64,000 nt of DNA from Dongiaceae bacterium (GTDB lineage: Bacteria; Pseudomonadota; Alphaproteobacteria; Dongiales; Dongiaceae): contig JBBDMS010000021.1 in the NCBI GenBank assembly GCA_040878185.1, positions 52,667 to 116,666 on the forward strand, written 5' to 3'. Positions 35,379-44,896 of this stretch are shown here, one piece after another. Both the position numbers and the translations under genes were made by a program. Numbering within the stretch: position 1 is the stretch's first letter; every line of letters begins with the position of its first letter. The notes under the pieces were generated by a model. It saw only the letters and a list, made by a program, of their open reading frames with translations. It was not told the DNA's origin and searched no databases.

Positions 35379-36245
35379 TCACGGTTTCCTGTGCTGCTGT
35401 AGATGGAGCAACCAGCCGAGCAGCGCGAGAATGAGGCCAGCGATCGCCGCGATGACGCCGGTGATGGCCATCAGCAACGGCAGCATGCCGGCTTCGACGT
35501 CGAGCGCTTCGAGGCCGAATCCGATCGCCGCGACGACGGCGGAAACAAGGAAGGCGATCAGACCCCAGCGGATTCTCTTGCGCCAGATATCAGGCTGCAC
35601 GACGATCTCGCGCCGCTCCACTTTCTGGAAATGCGCGAGAACCTTCTCCGCGTCGGCCGTCGCCGTTGGTGCGATCGGGACGCGAATAACGCCGGCATGC
35701 TGATGCACCATGATGACGGTCACGTTCGACATGGTGGTCATGCGTGTACCGAATTCGATGCTCGCAGGACTGCCGGGTATTATCTGGACGCCCGCGAAGC
35801 GGTACATGCCGGTGGTCACGATCGGGAAGTAACTGCCGTCGATCAGGACACCGTCGGTCGTGAAAATGACCTCGACCCCGTCTGGCCGCGATTTCCGCGA
35901 CGGTTTGTAGTCATTCCCATAGCCGGCACCGAGCGCGTTTCGTTCCTTGTTGTACGCGCGAAACGCATCGAAACGATCCGCCGGCACGATCCAGCGCGCG
36001 AGGCGATTGTCTCCGCGGCGCACCGACTGGGCCATCTTCATCCCCTTGAGGGAGAGGACGAACATGGCGAGGGAAATGATCCCGACGACAAGGCCGGCGC
36101 CGATCGCGGCGCCGGTGGCGCCGGTCTCATGCCCGAGCGCGTTCATCTCGGCAATGCCCCAGAGAACGCTAACGGTCGAGGCAACAACCAAAATGACGCA
36201 GATGATGGCATTCCGCCCGGGATTGCTCAGACCGCTGTTTTTCAT
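35379..36245 (-). CDS. hypothetical membrane protein (2 N-terminal + 2 C-terminal TM helices around a soluble beta-rich domain)
   Basis: Hydrophobic segments IICVILVVASTVSVLWGI, AIGAGLVVGIISLAMFVL, WGLIAFLVSAVVAAIGF, LLMAITGVIAAIAGLILALLGWL. No recognisable catalytic motif. Confidence 0.5.
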   Translation of the reverse strand: MKNSGLSNPGRNAIICVILVVASTVSVLWGIAEMNALGHETGATGAAIGAGLVVGIISLAMFVLSLKGMKMAQSVRRGDNRLARWIVPADRFDAFRAYNKERNALGAGYGNDYKPSRKSRPDGVEVIFTTDGVLIDGSYFPIVTTGMYRFAGVQIIPGSPASIEFGTRMTTMSNVTVIMVHQHAGVIRVPIAPTATADAEKVLAHFQKVERREIVVQPDIWRKRIRWGLIAFLVSAVVAAIGFGLEALDVEAGMLPLLMAITGVIAAIAGLILALLGWLLHLQQHRKP

Positions 36246-36267
36246 GCCGTCCTCTCAAGATCTGTGT

Positions 36268-38055
36268 CTAATGATCGAAGCGCATATGCAACGCCTGTTT
36301 GCCGTCCGGCGTCGCCCGCGCGGTCACCTTGCGGGCCCACCGCCGGATCAGCACCGCGCGCAGGCGCGATTCGACCTGATCCATGTCGATATCCGCCAGT
36401 TCTTCTTCGCGAATCGGCGCCGCATTGTCGAGCCGGATCGGCAGGCCGGCATAGGTCAGGCGCAGATCGACGTGATACTCGTCGAACGCCAGATCGATCC
36501 GCACCGGCACACCGGTTTCCATCAATGACCGGCGCGCATCGGCGAACTCCAGCAATGCGCGCGTGACGTCGCGCATCACGTCCACGCGTGCCCCCCAATG
36601 GCTCCCCTGCTCGCGCACCCAGGTTTCGAGCGCGTCATACTGAAGCTCGCTCGCGGGCAGGGTCAACGTCGCGCTTCGCGACACCCCGATTCGGAACAGC
36701 AGGTTCAATAGCAGGGCGCTTATGATGACAACGGTAAGGTCGGATCCGGAAATCGCCAGCAGCTCCGGCGGCAGCTTGTCGTAGATGTGCGGCACGATAT
36801 TGCGGCTGAGGCCAAGGATCAGCGGAATACCGAGCATCAGGATGTGGCGTGAGTCCAGAAGCCGGCTCATGATCACCTGGACTCCGTTGAAGATGATGAA
36901 GGCCGCGGCAAAGATCAGAACGCCGCCCAGAATGGGTCGCGGCAATGCCAGGAAGAACGACGATACGCCCGGCAACAGCGCGATCAGGAACAGCCATCCC
37001 GCGATCGCATAGCCGATCCGGCGCGCCGTCAACCCCGTCGCGGCCGCAATACCGATACTGCCGGAGAAGGTATTCATGCCGATCGGACCGCCGATGACGC
37101 CGGCAAGCGCAGTTCCCATTCCGTCGGCAAAGATGCCGCCGCGAATGCTGCGCATCTCCGGCCGTACCCAGTCGCTGTCTTCGACCTTCTGCAGGGTGAT
37201 GATATCGCCCATCGCGCGCAGACTGCAGGTGAGCGCACTGATCGCAAATTCGACCGCCAGCAGCGGCTCGAAACTCGGCGTCAGCAAAGGCGGGATCGGG
37301 ATGGCCACGCCCTGCTCGATGACGGTATCGAAGAGGGTCGACAGATCCATCATGCCGCTCGTCATCGCAATCAGGCAGCCGGCCGTGATACCGAGCAGCG
37401 TGCCGTAGATCCGGAGGTTCCCTTTCGCCCACACGTTGAGCGCGACGACGGTCGCCAGCGTAATGACGCCGAGCCACGGCAAACGGCTGTCGCCGTCGAA
37501 ACTCAGTCCCCCGACACCCCCATCGGCGATGAGGCGGACGCCGAGTATGCCGAGAATGATGCCGATCATCAGGACGGCAAGACCGCCGATCTCCGGCGGT
37601 AAATAGGGCCGCAGCCACCGCAGCGCCGGCGCGAGCGCCATCTGGAAGAGGCCGGCAAAAATCAGCATACCCATGACCAGCGAGGGTCCGCCCTGCTCCA
37701 TCGCGATGAGACAGGGCGGCAGATAGGCCGCCGTGAACGTCGTCGGCGCGAGATAGCCCGAGCCCACGAATCTGCCCCGCTGGATCTGGAAAATCGTGCC
37801 GAGACCGAGGCCGATCAGCGCAAGGCTGAGCAGACGCTGGGTCATCTCGGTGTCGAGATTGCCCTTGCTGAGAACGAGGAGCGGCATGGCGATGCCGACG
37901 CCCAGGATGACCGCGCTGTGCTGCAGACCGGCCAGCAACAGGGTGCGGGTCGGAACCGGATCGTCGCGCGACGGTGCGCGGGTCGAGGGCGGCGTCATCG
38001 GCAACCGGTGGTCATGGGATGAACTTTCGTCGAAATCGCCGCGCCATGTGCTCAC
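36268..38055 (-). CDS. NCS2/SLC23-type (xanthine/uracil-permease-family) transporter with a ~140-aa C-terminal cytoplasmic domain
   Basis: More than 10 TM helices; LPRPILGGVLIFAAAFIIFNGVQ resembles the NCS2 signature. GTG at 38055, or ATG at 37998. Confidence 0.6.
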   Translation of the reverse strand: MSTWRGDFDESSSHDHRLPMTPPSTRAPSRDDPVPTRTLLLAGLQHSAVILGVGIAMPLLVLSKGNLDTEMTQRLLSLALIGLGLGTIFQIQRGRFVGSGYLAPTTFTAAYLPPCLIAMEQGGPSLVMGMLIFAGLFQMALAPALRWLRPYLPPEIGGLAVLMIGIILGILGVRLIADGGVGGLSFDGDSRLPWLGVITLATVVALNVWAKGNLRIYGTLLGITAGCLIAMTSGMMDLSTLFDTVIEQGVAIPIPPLLTPSFEPLLAVEFAISALTCSLRAMGDIITLQKVEDSDWVRPEMRSIRGGIFADGMGTALAGVIGGPIGMNTFSGSIGIAAATGLTARRIGYAIAGWLFLIALLPGVSSFFLALPRPILGGVLIFAAAFIIFNGVQVIMSRLLDSRHILMLGIPLILGLSRNIVPHIYDKLPPELLAISGSDLTVVIISALLLNLLFRIGVSRSATLTLPASELQYDALETWVREQGSHWGARVDVMRDVTRALLEFADARRSLMETGVPVRIDLAFDEYHVDLRLTYAGLPIRLDNAAPIREEELADIDMDQVESRLRAVLIRRWARKVTARATPDGKQALHMRFDH

Positions 38056-38081
38056 AACGCTGGCACAGGCCCTTCAAACAC

Positions 38082-38930
38082 TCATGCCTTGCGCCAATGC
38101 CAGCCGCTCCCCGTCAGGAGCGGTCGCAGTGCGCCGGCCGCAGCGATTGTCAGACATATGGCGAGAACAAACCAGACCGGCCGGATGGTCGGATCGAACA
38201 TGAGATTGGCCTGCAGCACGCGTAGCGGCGAAACGCCCACCTTGATCCAGTAATAGATCGATTCGCCGATCGCGGTTGCGGCGGCGGCGAAGAGCGCGAG
38301 AAGCGTCGGCCACCAGGCAGCGAGCCTTCCGTCGATCCCACCGCTCCACGACACCAGCCGGTAACCCATCAGCCAGACGAAGAGACCGGCCATGACAAAG
38401 GGCTCGTCCACTTTGAGTTTCGATTGCATGAAAAAATGTACGACCGCGAGCAGTCCTGCAAGATAAACCAGCCGATGCAGCCGGCGCCAACGCTTGCCCC
38501 CGAGGCGCCGGATCATGCCGTTCGTCGACGTCGATGCCATGATCGTCAGGATCAGCAGCGCTGCAAATCCGATTGTCAGATAGATCCGGATCAGGATTTC
38601 GGTCGCGACCTTGCGAAGATCGAAAGCCTCATCGGTGATGTAGAGGGAGAGATGCATGGCGGCATAGGCGAAGGCTGCGACGCCGATCATGCGACGCACC
38701 TGCATCAGCCGCGGCCATTGCAGAACTCGCCGGGCGGGGGTGATGAAAAGCGAAATCAGGATGAGCCGCAGAGCCCAGGTGCCGATCTGGTGGAGTGCCT
38801 CGTTGAGCGGCCGCGGACCCAGCAGCCCGTTGTCGTAGCGGAACGCGATCACGATGGCCGGAACGAAGAGCAGGATGAAAACGGCCAGCTTGAAGGCCGA
38901 GAACCGCCCCGCGGGGTCACGCCATGGCAT
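38082..38930 (-). CDS. MsrQ/YedZ-like ferric-reductase-type heme-b membrane protein (orphan, with a C-terminal extension)
   Basis: GTWALRLILISLFITPARR, His-containing helices (AMHLSLY, LAVVHFF). No msrP gene is adjacent. Confidence 0.6.
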   Translation of the reverse strand: MPWRDPAGRFSAFKLAVFILLFVPAIVIAFRYDNGLLGPRPLNEALHQIGTWALRLILISLFITPARRVLQWPRLMQVRRMIGVAAFAYAAMHLSLYITDEAFDLRKVATEILIRIYLTIGFAALLILTIMASTSTNGMIRRLGGKRWRRLHRLVYLAGLLAVVHFFMQSKLKVDEPFVMAGLFVWLMGYRLVSWSGGIDGRLAAWWPTLLALFAAAATAIGESIYYWIKVGVSPLRVLQANLMFDPTIRPVWFVLAICLTIAAAGALRPLLTGSGWHWRKA

Positions 38931-38981
38931 TCGATCGTGCGCCTGTGCCGGAGTTTCGCTGGCTGCCGTCCCGATAGTGTG

Positions 38982-39965
38982 TCATCGGCCGATATCCCCG
39001 GCAAGCAAGGGAAGCGTTGGTGATATCGGCATGAGGTTCTTCCAGTCCCGCCACTCCGCCGGTTCACTCATCACCCGAACGGCAAGACGGTCGGCGAAGC
39101 TCTGCGCGATGACGGCAACACGTTCACGCAGCGTTCCCGCGGAGGGTGCAGCAATTTCGCTTTCGACGATCACGCGAATGTCGGGGCCGGCTCCGCGTAC
39201 CGTGAAGACCGGCAGCAATGTGGCGCCGTTGAAAAGCGCAAGCCCTGCCGCCCCGGCTGCGAGTTTCAGCCCGCCCCCGAGCAGATCGACATCGACCGGT
39301 TTGCGCCCTTCCCAGGCACCGGCCGTTATCGAAACAATTCCATTCCCGGCCAGTATCTGCCGCGCCTGCAGCATCGCGCTGCCCGGTCTCGTGCGGTCGA
39401 TCTCGATGCGCCCGGCGAGGAACGGGGTCTCCGCACCGATGCGGATCGGGTTGAAGCAGGCCATGCCGAACCGTGACTTCGAGAAGCCGTGTTCCGGCCG
39501 GCTGACGTGCCAGAGCGCATAGCCGGCACGATGCAAGGTCATCTTGGTTGCGAGCGAATTGAAGCAAAAATGTCCGATCCAGAGCACACAACCCCGTCCC
39601 CCGCCCAGCGCCCGATCGATGTGTTCGTATCCCTCCAGTATCAGCGCCGGTTTCCATCCACCGGGCCGACAGCAGCGGAGCACTTGCAAATGGCACTCGC
39701 TGCGCCCGGCTGCGGATTCGATCGCGAACTTGCGCGACGGCGACGTATTGAACACGCGGGCCGCGGCAACGGCCACCGGTTGGGGATCGAACAACCCGAT
39801 CCTCGCCTTGATAGCTTCGAAAATTCGGCACGCCGCGAACCAACCGCGTTGCGGCAAAAGCCAGGAAAGCGCCAGCAGAAGCGGCAACTCGAACAGAATC
39901 CGAACATCGGATGCATGAATCCATGCTCGGGCGAAAGAGCCGGATGCGCGCGGCGGCTCCCTCAT
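38982..39965 (-). CDS. LpxL/HtrB-like acyltransferase-family protein with an atypical active-site motif
   Basis: N-terminal TM helix. VLWIGHFCFNS occupies the place of the H-x4-D/E motif (HxGNWE). LLGGGLKLAAGAAGLALFNGATLLPVF resembles the acceptor-binding segment. ATGA overlap with the upstream GT gene. Confidence 0.45.
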   Translation of the reverse strand: MREPPRASGSFARAWIHASDVRILFELPLLLALSWLLPQRGWFAACRIFEAIKARIGLFDPQPVAVAAARVFNTSPSRKFAIESAAGRSECHLQVLRCCRPGGWKPALILEGYEHIDRALGGGRGCVLWIGHFCFNSLATKMTLHRAGYALWHVSRPEHGFSKSRFGMACFNPIRIGAETPFLAGRIEIDRTRPGSAMLQARQILAGNGIVSITAGAWEGRKPVDVDLLGGGLKLAAGAAGLALFNGATLLPVFTVRGAGPDIRVIVESEIAAPSAGTLRERVAVIAQSFADRLAVRVMSEPAEWRDWKNLMPISPTLPLLAGDIGR

Positions 39966-41005
39966 CCTGCCGAATCCGCCGCCGGTTTCTGCCCCCGATC
40001 GACGGATATACCGGAAAGCTGTGCGATGTGACGATCGAGCGGAAGAAACTCGGCGATCGACCCCAGGAACGGAGCGAAATCGGGAATCAGGTCGTCCCGG
40101 TCCAGCACCCGTTTCGTCAGCTTCCTCGCATTCATCAGAAAATTATGACGATCAAAAGCCAGCAGGTTTCCGACATGGCCGCGAATGCGGCGACGATCGA
40201 TGCGCTGCCCTGCCAGATCCCTTACGGCGGCTGCAATCGCATCGGGGTCGTCACGAACAATCCGGCAATACGCATTCTCTAGATAGCGATCGCGCCCGCC
40301 GATGCTCCGGGTCGAAACGACCGGCAATCCGCAAAGGAGATACTCCATCGAGACGCGCATGCACCCTTCGGCAGCGCTCAGACAAAGGCCGGTCGCGGCA
40401 TGGGCAAACAGGCGTATGACGTCCACGGGATCGAGCAGTTTGTAGGAACCATCACCGAACGAATGATTGGCATAGTACGCCTTCGGCAGGATCGATAATG
40501 CACGGCGATAGGCGGCGTCATTTTCGATCTCGATGGTATGGGGATACACCAGAATCAGCCGCGGCACGCCGGTAGCAAGATTGTGCCGCTTGCTGATGGC
40601 AAGCCGCGCGGAGTAGACCGCATCGAACAACCCGATCCTGGGAAAGCTCGCTTCGACAATCCGCCAAACCCGCTCGTCGGTAAAGATCAGCCCACTGCCC
40701 AGCAGGCTGGGGCGGCCCTTCTCGGCAAGCAGATACATCTCCATTTCGCTGGCCGCGAGCGGCACGAAGGCATGCCCCGGCATCCCACATTCCGCCACAT
40801 CAAAGGCGGCGGCGATCCTATCGATGTAAGGTTCCATCGTGTGCGTCATGTGCACGAAATGAAGGCCGCGCGGCCGACCGAAGATATCGGGCAACGCCGC
40901 CGCGAGACGGAGCAGCGGAACCGCATCAAGGCCGCTGCTGCTGAAGGTCAGCAGCGGATCCCAGCTGAGAATCCGGACGGCGAACCAGGGCGTGTCGTTG
41001 CTCAT
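39962..41005 (-). CDS. GT-B glycosyltransferase (family 1/4-like)
   Basis: SAAEGCMRVSMEYLLCGLPVVSTRSIGG matches the E-x7-E region of GT4. ATG at 41005 (MSNDTPW); the track ORF is over-extended. Confidence 0.6.
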   Translation of the reverse strand: MSNDTPWFAVRILSWDPLLTFSSSGLDAVPLLRLAAALPDIFGRPRGLHFVHMTHTMEPYIDRIAAAFDVAECGMPGHAFVPLAASEMEMYLLAEKGRPSLLGSGLIFTDERVWRIVEASFPRIGLFDAVYSARLAISKRHNLATGVPRLILVYPHTIEIENDAAYRRALSILPKAYYANHSFGDGSYKLLDPVDVIRLFAHAATGLCLSAAEGCMRVSMEYLLCGLPVVSTRSIGGRDRYLENAYCRIVRDDPDAIAAAVRDLAGQRIDRRRIRGHVGNLLAFDRHNFLMNARKLTKRVLDRDDLIPDFAPFLGSIAEFLPLDRHIAQLSGISVDRGQKPAADSAG

Positions 41006-41225
41006 TCTCGCGTCCCCATATCCTGCACCGGCTCGGCCAGGAACAGGCGGGTGCCGCCGTTCGACCGGCCGGCGTCGGGCCGCCACCCGGCAAGCAAGCC
41101 GGTTCGGCCCCACCCGGCTTGCCGTTCTGGCCGGTCTAATAGGCCCGGCTCGGCCCCTTTCGCAACCGGTCCGGACGCGGCACAATACGGTTCAGAACAA
41201 GTCAGGTCCCGAGGAGGCCCGTTCG

Positions 41226-42008
41226 ATGGCGCAGTCCGGCTTTTCACCGCGAATCGTCAAGTCAGGGTACAGCTACAGCGAAGCCGACGAACGACGGCTG
41301 CGCGAGGAGCTGGCCGCCTGTTATCGGCTGATCGCCCATTTCCGGATGACCGACCTTATCTACACCCACATCTCCGCCCGCCTGCCCGGTCCGGAGAACC
41401 ACTATCTGTTTAATCCCTACGGGCTCATGTACGACGAGATCAGCGCCTCGAACCTGATCAAGCTAGATCTCGAGGGCAATCTCGTCGAACCCAGCGAATG
41501 GGGCTTCAACGACGCCGGCTACACCATTCATTCGGCGATACTCGCGGGGCGACCGGATGTCGTTTGCGCGCTGCATACCCACACCAAGGCTGGCTTTGCC
41601 GTTTCCTGCCAGAAGGTTGGATTGCTGCCGCTCAATCAGATCGCCCTGCAATTCTACGGGCAGGTCGCCTATCACAGTTACGAGGGCATCGCCCTCGATC
41701 ACGATGAATGCCCGCGCCTCGTCGCCGATCTCGGCAACAAGCCGACGATGATCCTGCGCAATCACGGGCTCTTGACCGTCGGGCGCACCGTGCCCGAAGC
41801 CTTCATGCTGATGTACTACCTCGAAAAATCCTGTGAAATTCAGATCTCGGCACAGATGACCGGTGCCGAGCTGATCATTCCTTCGCCGGAAGTATGCGCA
41901 CATACGCAGTCGCAATACGGCATGAACGAAGGATCGGAATGGGCCAACCAGCCTTGGGACGCGCTGATCCGGATGATCGACCGGATCGATCCGAGCTATC
42001 GAAACTGA
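41226..42008 (+). CDS. class II aldolase/adducin-family protein
   Basis: HSAILAGRPDVVCALHTHT and ILRNHGLLTVG motifs. ATG at 41226 preceded by GAGGAGG. Confidence 0.75.
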   Translation: MAQSGFSPRIVKSGYSYSEADERRLREELAACYRLIAHFRMTDLIYTHISARLPGPENHYLFNPYGLMYDEISASNLIKLDLEGNLVEPSEWGFNDAGYTIHSAILAGRPDVVCALHTHTKAGFAVSCQKVGLLPLNQIALQFYGQVAYHSYEGIALDHDECPRLVADLGNKPTMILRNHGLLTVGRTVPEAFMLMYYLEKSCEIQISAQMTGAELIIPSPEVCAHTQSQYGMNEGSEWANQPWDALIRMIDRIDPSYRN

Positions 42009-42014
42009 TGCTGC

Positions 42015-43526
42015 TCAGCCGGCCGACGGCAGGGTGAAGCGGACGGTCAGTCCGCGATCGCTGTTGTTGTCGGCATAAACCCACCCGCCCATCGCCGAGA
42101 TATTCCGGCGCACAACCCAGAGCCCGATGCCGGCATGCCAGCTCGTGCCGCTTTCAGGCGTCGAATCGTCCGGCTGCGCGCGCTGCTGACGGGTGGAGAA
42201 ATTTCGGTCGAAGATGCGATCGAGAAACTCCGGAGGGACGCCCGGTCCTTCGTCGGAGAGCAGGAACTCGACCGTGTCGTCGGCCGGTTTGGTCAGCACA
42301 ACGGTAATGCGCCCGCCGCGTGGCGACACGCTGATGGCATTGTCGACGATGTTCTCCAGAACGTTCTCGACCAGCTCCTCACCGCCGCGAATCTGAATGC
42401 CCGGTGCCACGAACGCTTCGAGTTCGAGATTCTGCCGCTCCAGCAAGGGGCTGTAACCTTCCAGCGTACGCTCGACCAGGGCCGACAGATCGATGCGCCG
42501 CCGCGGCGGATCGAGCAGCTCGGCCGTCGTTTCATCGACCCGGCGCGCCGTCGCAACCAGATGGTCGAGCCGTTCGACCGCGCCTTCCATCACCGACAGG
42601 GCGCGCTGCCCGCGCGGCTCGCCTTCGGAAAGGATCCGTCGCAGCGGCTCGAGCGATTGTCGGATGATGGCAAGCGGCGTTTTGAACGCATGCGCGTTAT
42701 CCTGCGCCGCCGCCCGAATGCTGTCCGAGGCGCGCTGGAGCGAACCGACCAGACGGTCGAGCTCGCCGGCAACGCCGGAGAGTTCCGACAGACGATTGGT
42801 TTCGGTGAAGCTGGCGGTCGCCGCCTCGCCGCGATTCTTCGCTTGCGCGAGGCGATGGACGCGCAGTAGCGCGGAGCGCACCGTACCGAAGACCACGAAG
42901 ACCAACCCGGCGAGCGCCAGATAGATCGCCGCCGCCACCTGCATCTCGGGCCGCGCCCAGTACGGCTTTCCCAAGATCGCGCCGATCTCCCCGGCGAGCG
43001 GGTGAGAAACGACCAAAGCCCAGCAACCCCAGCTCGACTGCACCGGCGTGATCGAGGTCCAGATTTCTTCCTTCCCCTCGGGATCGCTGTAGCGCTCGGC
43101 CAGCGGAAGGTCGCCGCTGCAACTGGTGGCGAGCTGGTCGAGCACGCCGAGCTTCCGCAGCGCCTCGCGCTCGTCCGACAGGGTCTCGTCGGTTGCCGGC
43201 GGCGCGGCGGCGACAAAGTAGAAATCCTGCTCGCCGGCCGAATCGGCCGGACGGAACAGCATTTTCAGCTTGGTTTCGCGGGTGGCGAAGGGCTCGAGCG
43301 AGACCTGAAGATCGGTCAGCGGCGAGACTTCCGTGCGACTGAGCAATGGCGACAGCGCGACCGCCGCCAGATGCCCCTGGTCGCGCACGCTCTCCAGCAG
43401 AAGGGTCTGCCGCTCGCTATCGGCCTGGGCGAGCGTCAGATAGATGGCAACCGGCACGGCAATGAACCATACCGCCAGCAGGAAGAGCCATGCCGTCAGT
43501 GACCGTTTGCGTTCCTCGTTCGCCAT
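42015..43526 (-). CDS. sensor histidine kinase (2 TM, HisKA + HATPase_c)
   Basis: H-box NAHAFKTPLAIIRQS, N-box ENIVDNAISV, G-boxes SDEGPGV and GIGLWVV. Confidence 0.85.
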   Translation of the reverse strand: MANEERKRSLTAWLFLLAVWFIAVPVAIYLTLAQADSERQTLLLESVRDQGHLAAVALSPLLSRTEVSPLTDLQVSLEPFATRETKLKMLFRPADSAGEQDFYFVAAAPPATDETLSDEREALRKLGVLDQLATSCSGDLPLAERYSDPEGKEEIWTSITPVQSSWGCWALVVSHPLAGEIGAILGKPYWARPEMQVAAAIYLALAGLVFVVFGTVRSALLRVHRLAQAKNRGEAATASFTETNRLSELSGVAGELDRLVGSLQRASDSIRAAAQDNAHAFKTPLAIIRQSLEPLRRILSEGEPRGQRALSVMEGAVERLDHLVATARRVDETTAELLDPPRRRIDLSALVERTLEGYSPLLERQNLELEAFVAPGIQIRGGEELVENVLENIVDNAISVSPRGGRITVVLTKPADDTVEFLLSDEGPGVPPEFLDRIFDRNFSTRQQRAQPDDSTPESGTSWHAGIGLWVVRRNISAMGGWVYADNNSDRGLTVRFTLPSAG

Positions 43527-43541
43527 GGCGATCGACGACGA

Positions 43542-44138
43542 TCAGTTCTCGACCAGCGCGCTGCGCAGCGTATCGCGATAGGCCGCAACGTCGCGAACAT
43601 AGGAGACGGTATGCATGCCATGCATCAGGCGCATTGCCTCTTCGACGCCGCCGCGCCAGCGATTGGCGTCGAGCCCGTGCGCCGCCGCCCATTGGCGCGC
43701 CTGCTCGATGTTCATCGGACCCGCCTGATAGGCGGCGATGGCGAACAGCACGCGCTCGGCCGGATCGATCGCCGGATCGGCGAAGCTGATGTCAATCATG
43801 GCCCGGAGATAGCGTACGCCGGCATGTATATTGCCGTCGGCATCGTAGATCGCGGTCAGGGATACGACCGCGCTGGCGGCCGTCGCCGGCGCGATCTGCA
43901 TGATGCCGATATGGCCGCCCGGTCCGCGCGCGCCCTGATCGAACCCGGATTCCTGAAACGCGATTCCGGCAATCCAGGTCCAGTCCAGATCGTAGAGCGC
44001 GGCATAACGCTCCATGATGTCCCGCAACGTTTCGAGACGAGCCTGGGGCCCTGCGGCCAACGGGTCGCGCGCATTGTCGGCAAATGCCGGACCGGCGGCG
44101 ACAAGCAACATCGCCGCAGCCACCAGAAGCCGGCGCAC
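43542..44138 (-). CDS. secreted lytic transglycosylase (SLT domain)
   Basis: GTG start. Signal peptide MRRLLVAAAMLLVAAGPAFA. Catalytic IAFQESGF, GIMQI, AAYQAGP. Confidence 0.75.
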   Translation of the reverse strand: MRRLLVAAAMLLVAAGPAFADNARDPLAAGPQARLETLRDIMERYAALYDLDWTWIAGIAFQESGFDQGARGPGGHIGIMQIAPATAASAVVSLTAIYDADGNIHAGVRYLRAMIDISFADPAIDPAERVLFAIAAYQAGPMNIEQARQWAAAHGLDANRWRGGVEEAMRLMHGMHTVSYVRDVAAYRDTLRSALVEN

Positions 44139-44896
44139 TAGGCACTATCCTTCCAGCGATAGCCGTAGCCCGGATAATTGACGATCGAATCGAACTCGGG
44201 ATCGACGGCCCGGAATTTCTGGCGAATCCGTTTGATGAACGATCGTACGTTGACCTTGTATCCTTCGTCGCCATAGCCGGCGACGAAATCGGTACCGCGC
44301 GCAAGGTCGTAGATCTGGCGATAGGTCACGTCGCGATCGGTGACGGCCGCGAGTGCCGACACGATATTGAATTCGGTCAATGTCAGATCGACCAGTTTGC
44401 TCTTCCATGTCGCGCGGCTGGTATCGGTCAGGAGTTCGAGATCGCCGCGCCGAACCTGGTCCGGTTGCGCGGGCCCGCCGCTTGCGGGTCCCGCCCGCCG
44501 CTCTTCCGCCAGCATTTCGAGCCGCAACCGAAGGCGCTGCATGATGATCGAGAAGCTGCGCGACTTCTCGATGAAGTCGACCGCGCCATAGCGCAGGCCC
44601 GCTTCTTCATAGATCTCATCAGACAGTGAGGTAAGAAAGAGAACCGGCGTCCGGACGCCCGCCTCGCGCAGCGCTTTCAGCACCGCCAGTCCGTCCATTC
44701 GCGGCATTCGCCAATCGAGCAGAATGGCATCGGCCGTGCCCTTCTCCTCGAGAAGATATTTCAGAAAGCTCGGGCCGTCGCTGAACTCGACGATGCGGAA
44801 GCCGCTATCCTCAAGATTGAGCGAGATCGATTCCCGGAACATATCGTCGTCGTCGACGATGGCGATGCAGGGGGCATTTTCAGCTGGCATGGGCAC
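44138..44896 (-). CDS. OmpR/PhoB-family response regulator
   Basis: Receiver IAIVDDDD ... LLDWRMPRMDG and winged helix ...GYGYRW. Its stop shares one nucleotide with the SLT start. Confidence 0.85.
   Translation of the reverse strand: MPMPAENAPCIAIVDDDDMFRESISLNLEDSGFRIVEFSDGPSFLKYLLEEKGTADAILLDWRMPRMDGLAVLKALREAGVRTPVLFLTSLSDEIYEEAGLRYGAVDFIEKSRSFSIIMQRLRLRLEMLAEERRAGPASGGPAQPDQVRRGDLELLTDTSRATWKSKLVDLTLTEFNIVSALAAVTDRDVTYRQIYDLARGTDFVAGYGDEGYKVNVRSFIKRIRQKFRAVDPEFDSIVNYPGYGYRWKDSA

Noticed and set aside
38082-38930. Calling this gene a functional msrQ of an MsrPQ methionine-sulfoxide reductase system
   Set aside because: No msrP is adjacent, and the protein has an atypical C-terminal extension. 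It is annotated only as MsrQ/YedZ-like.
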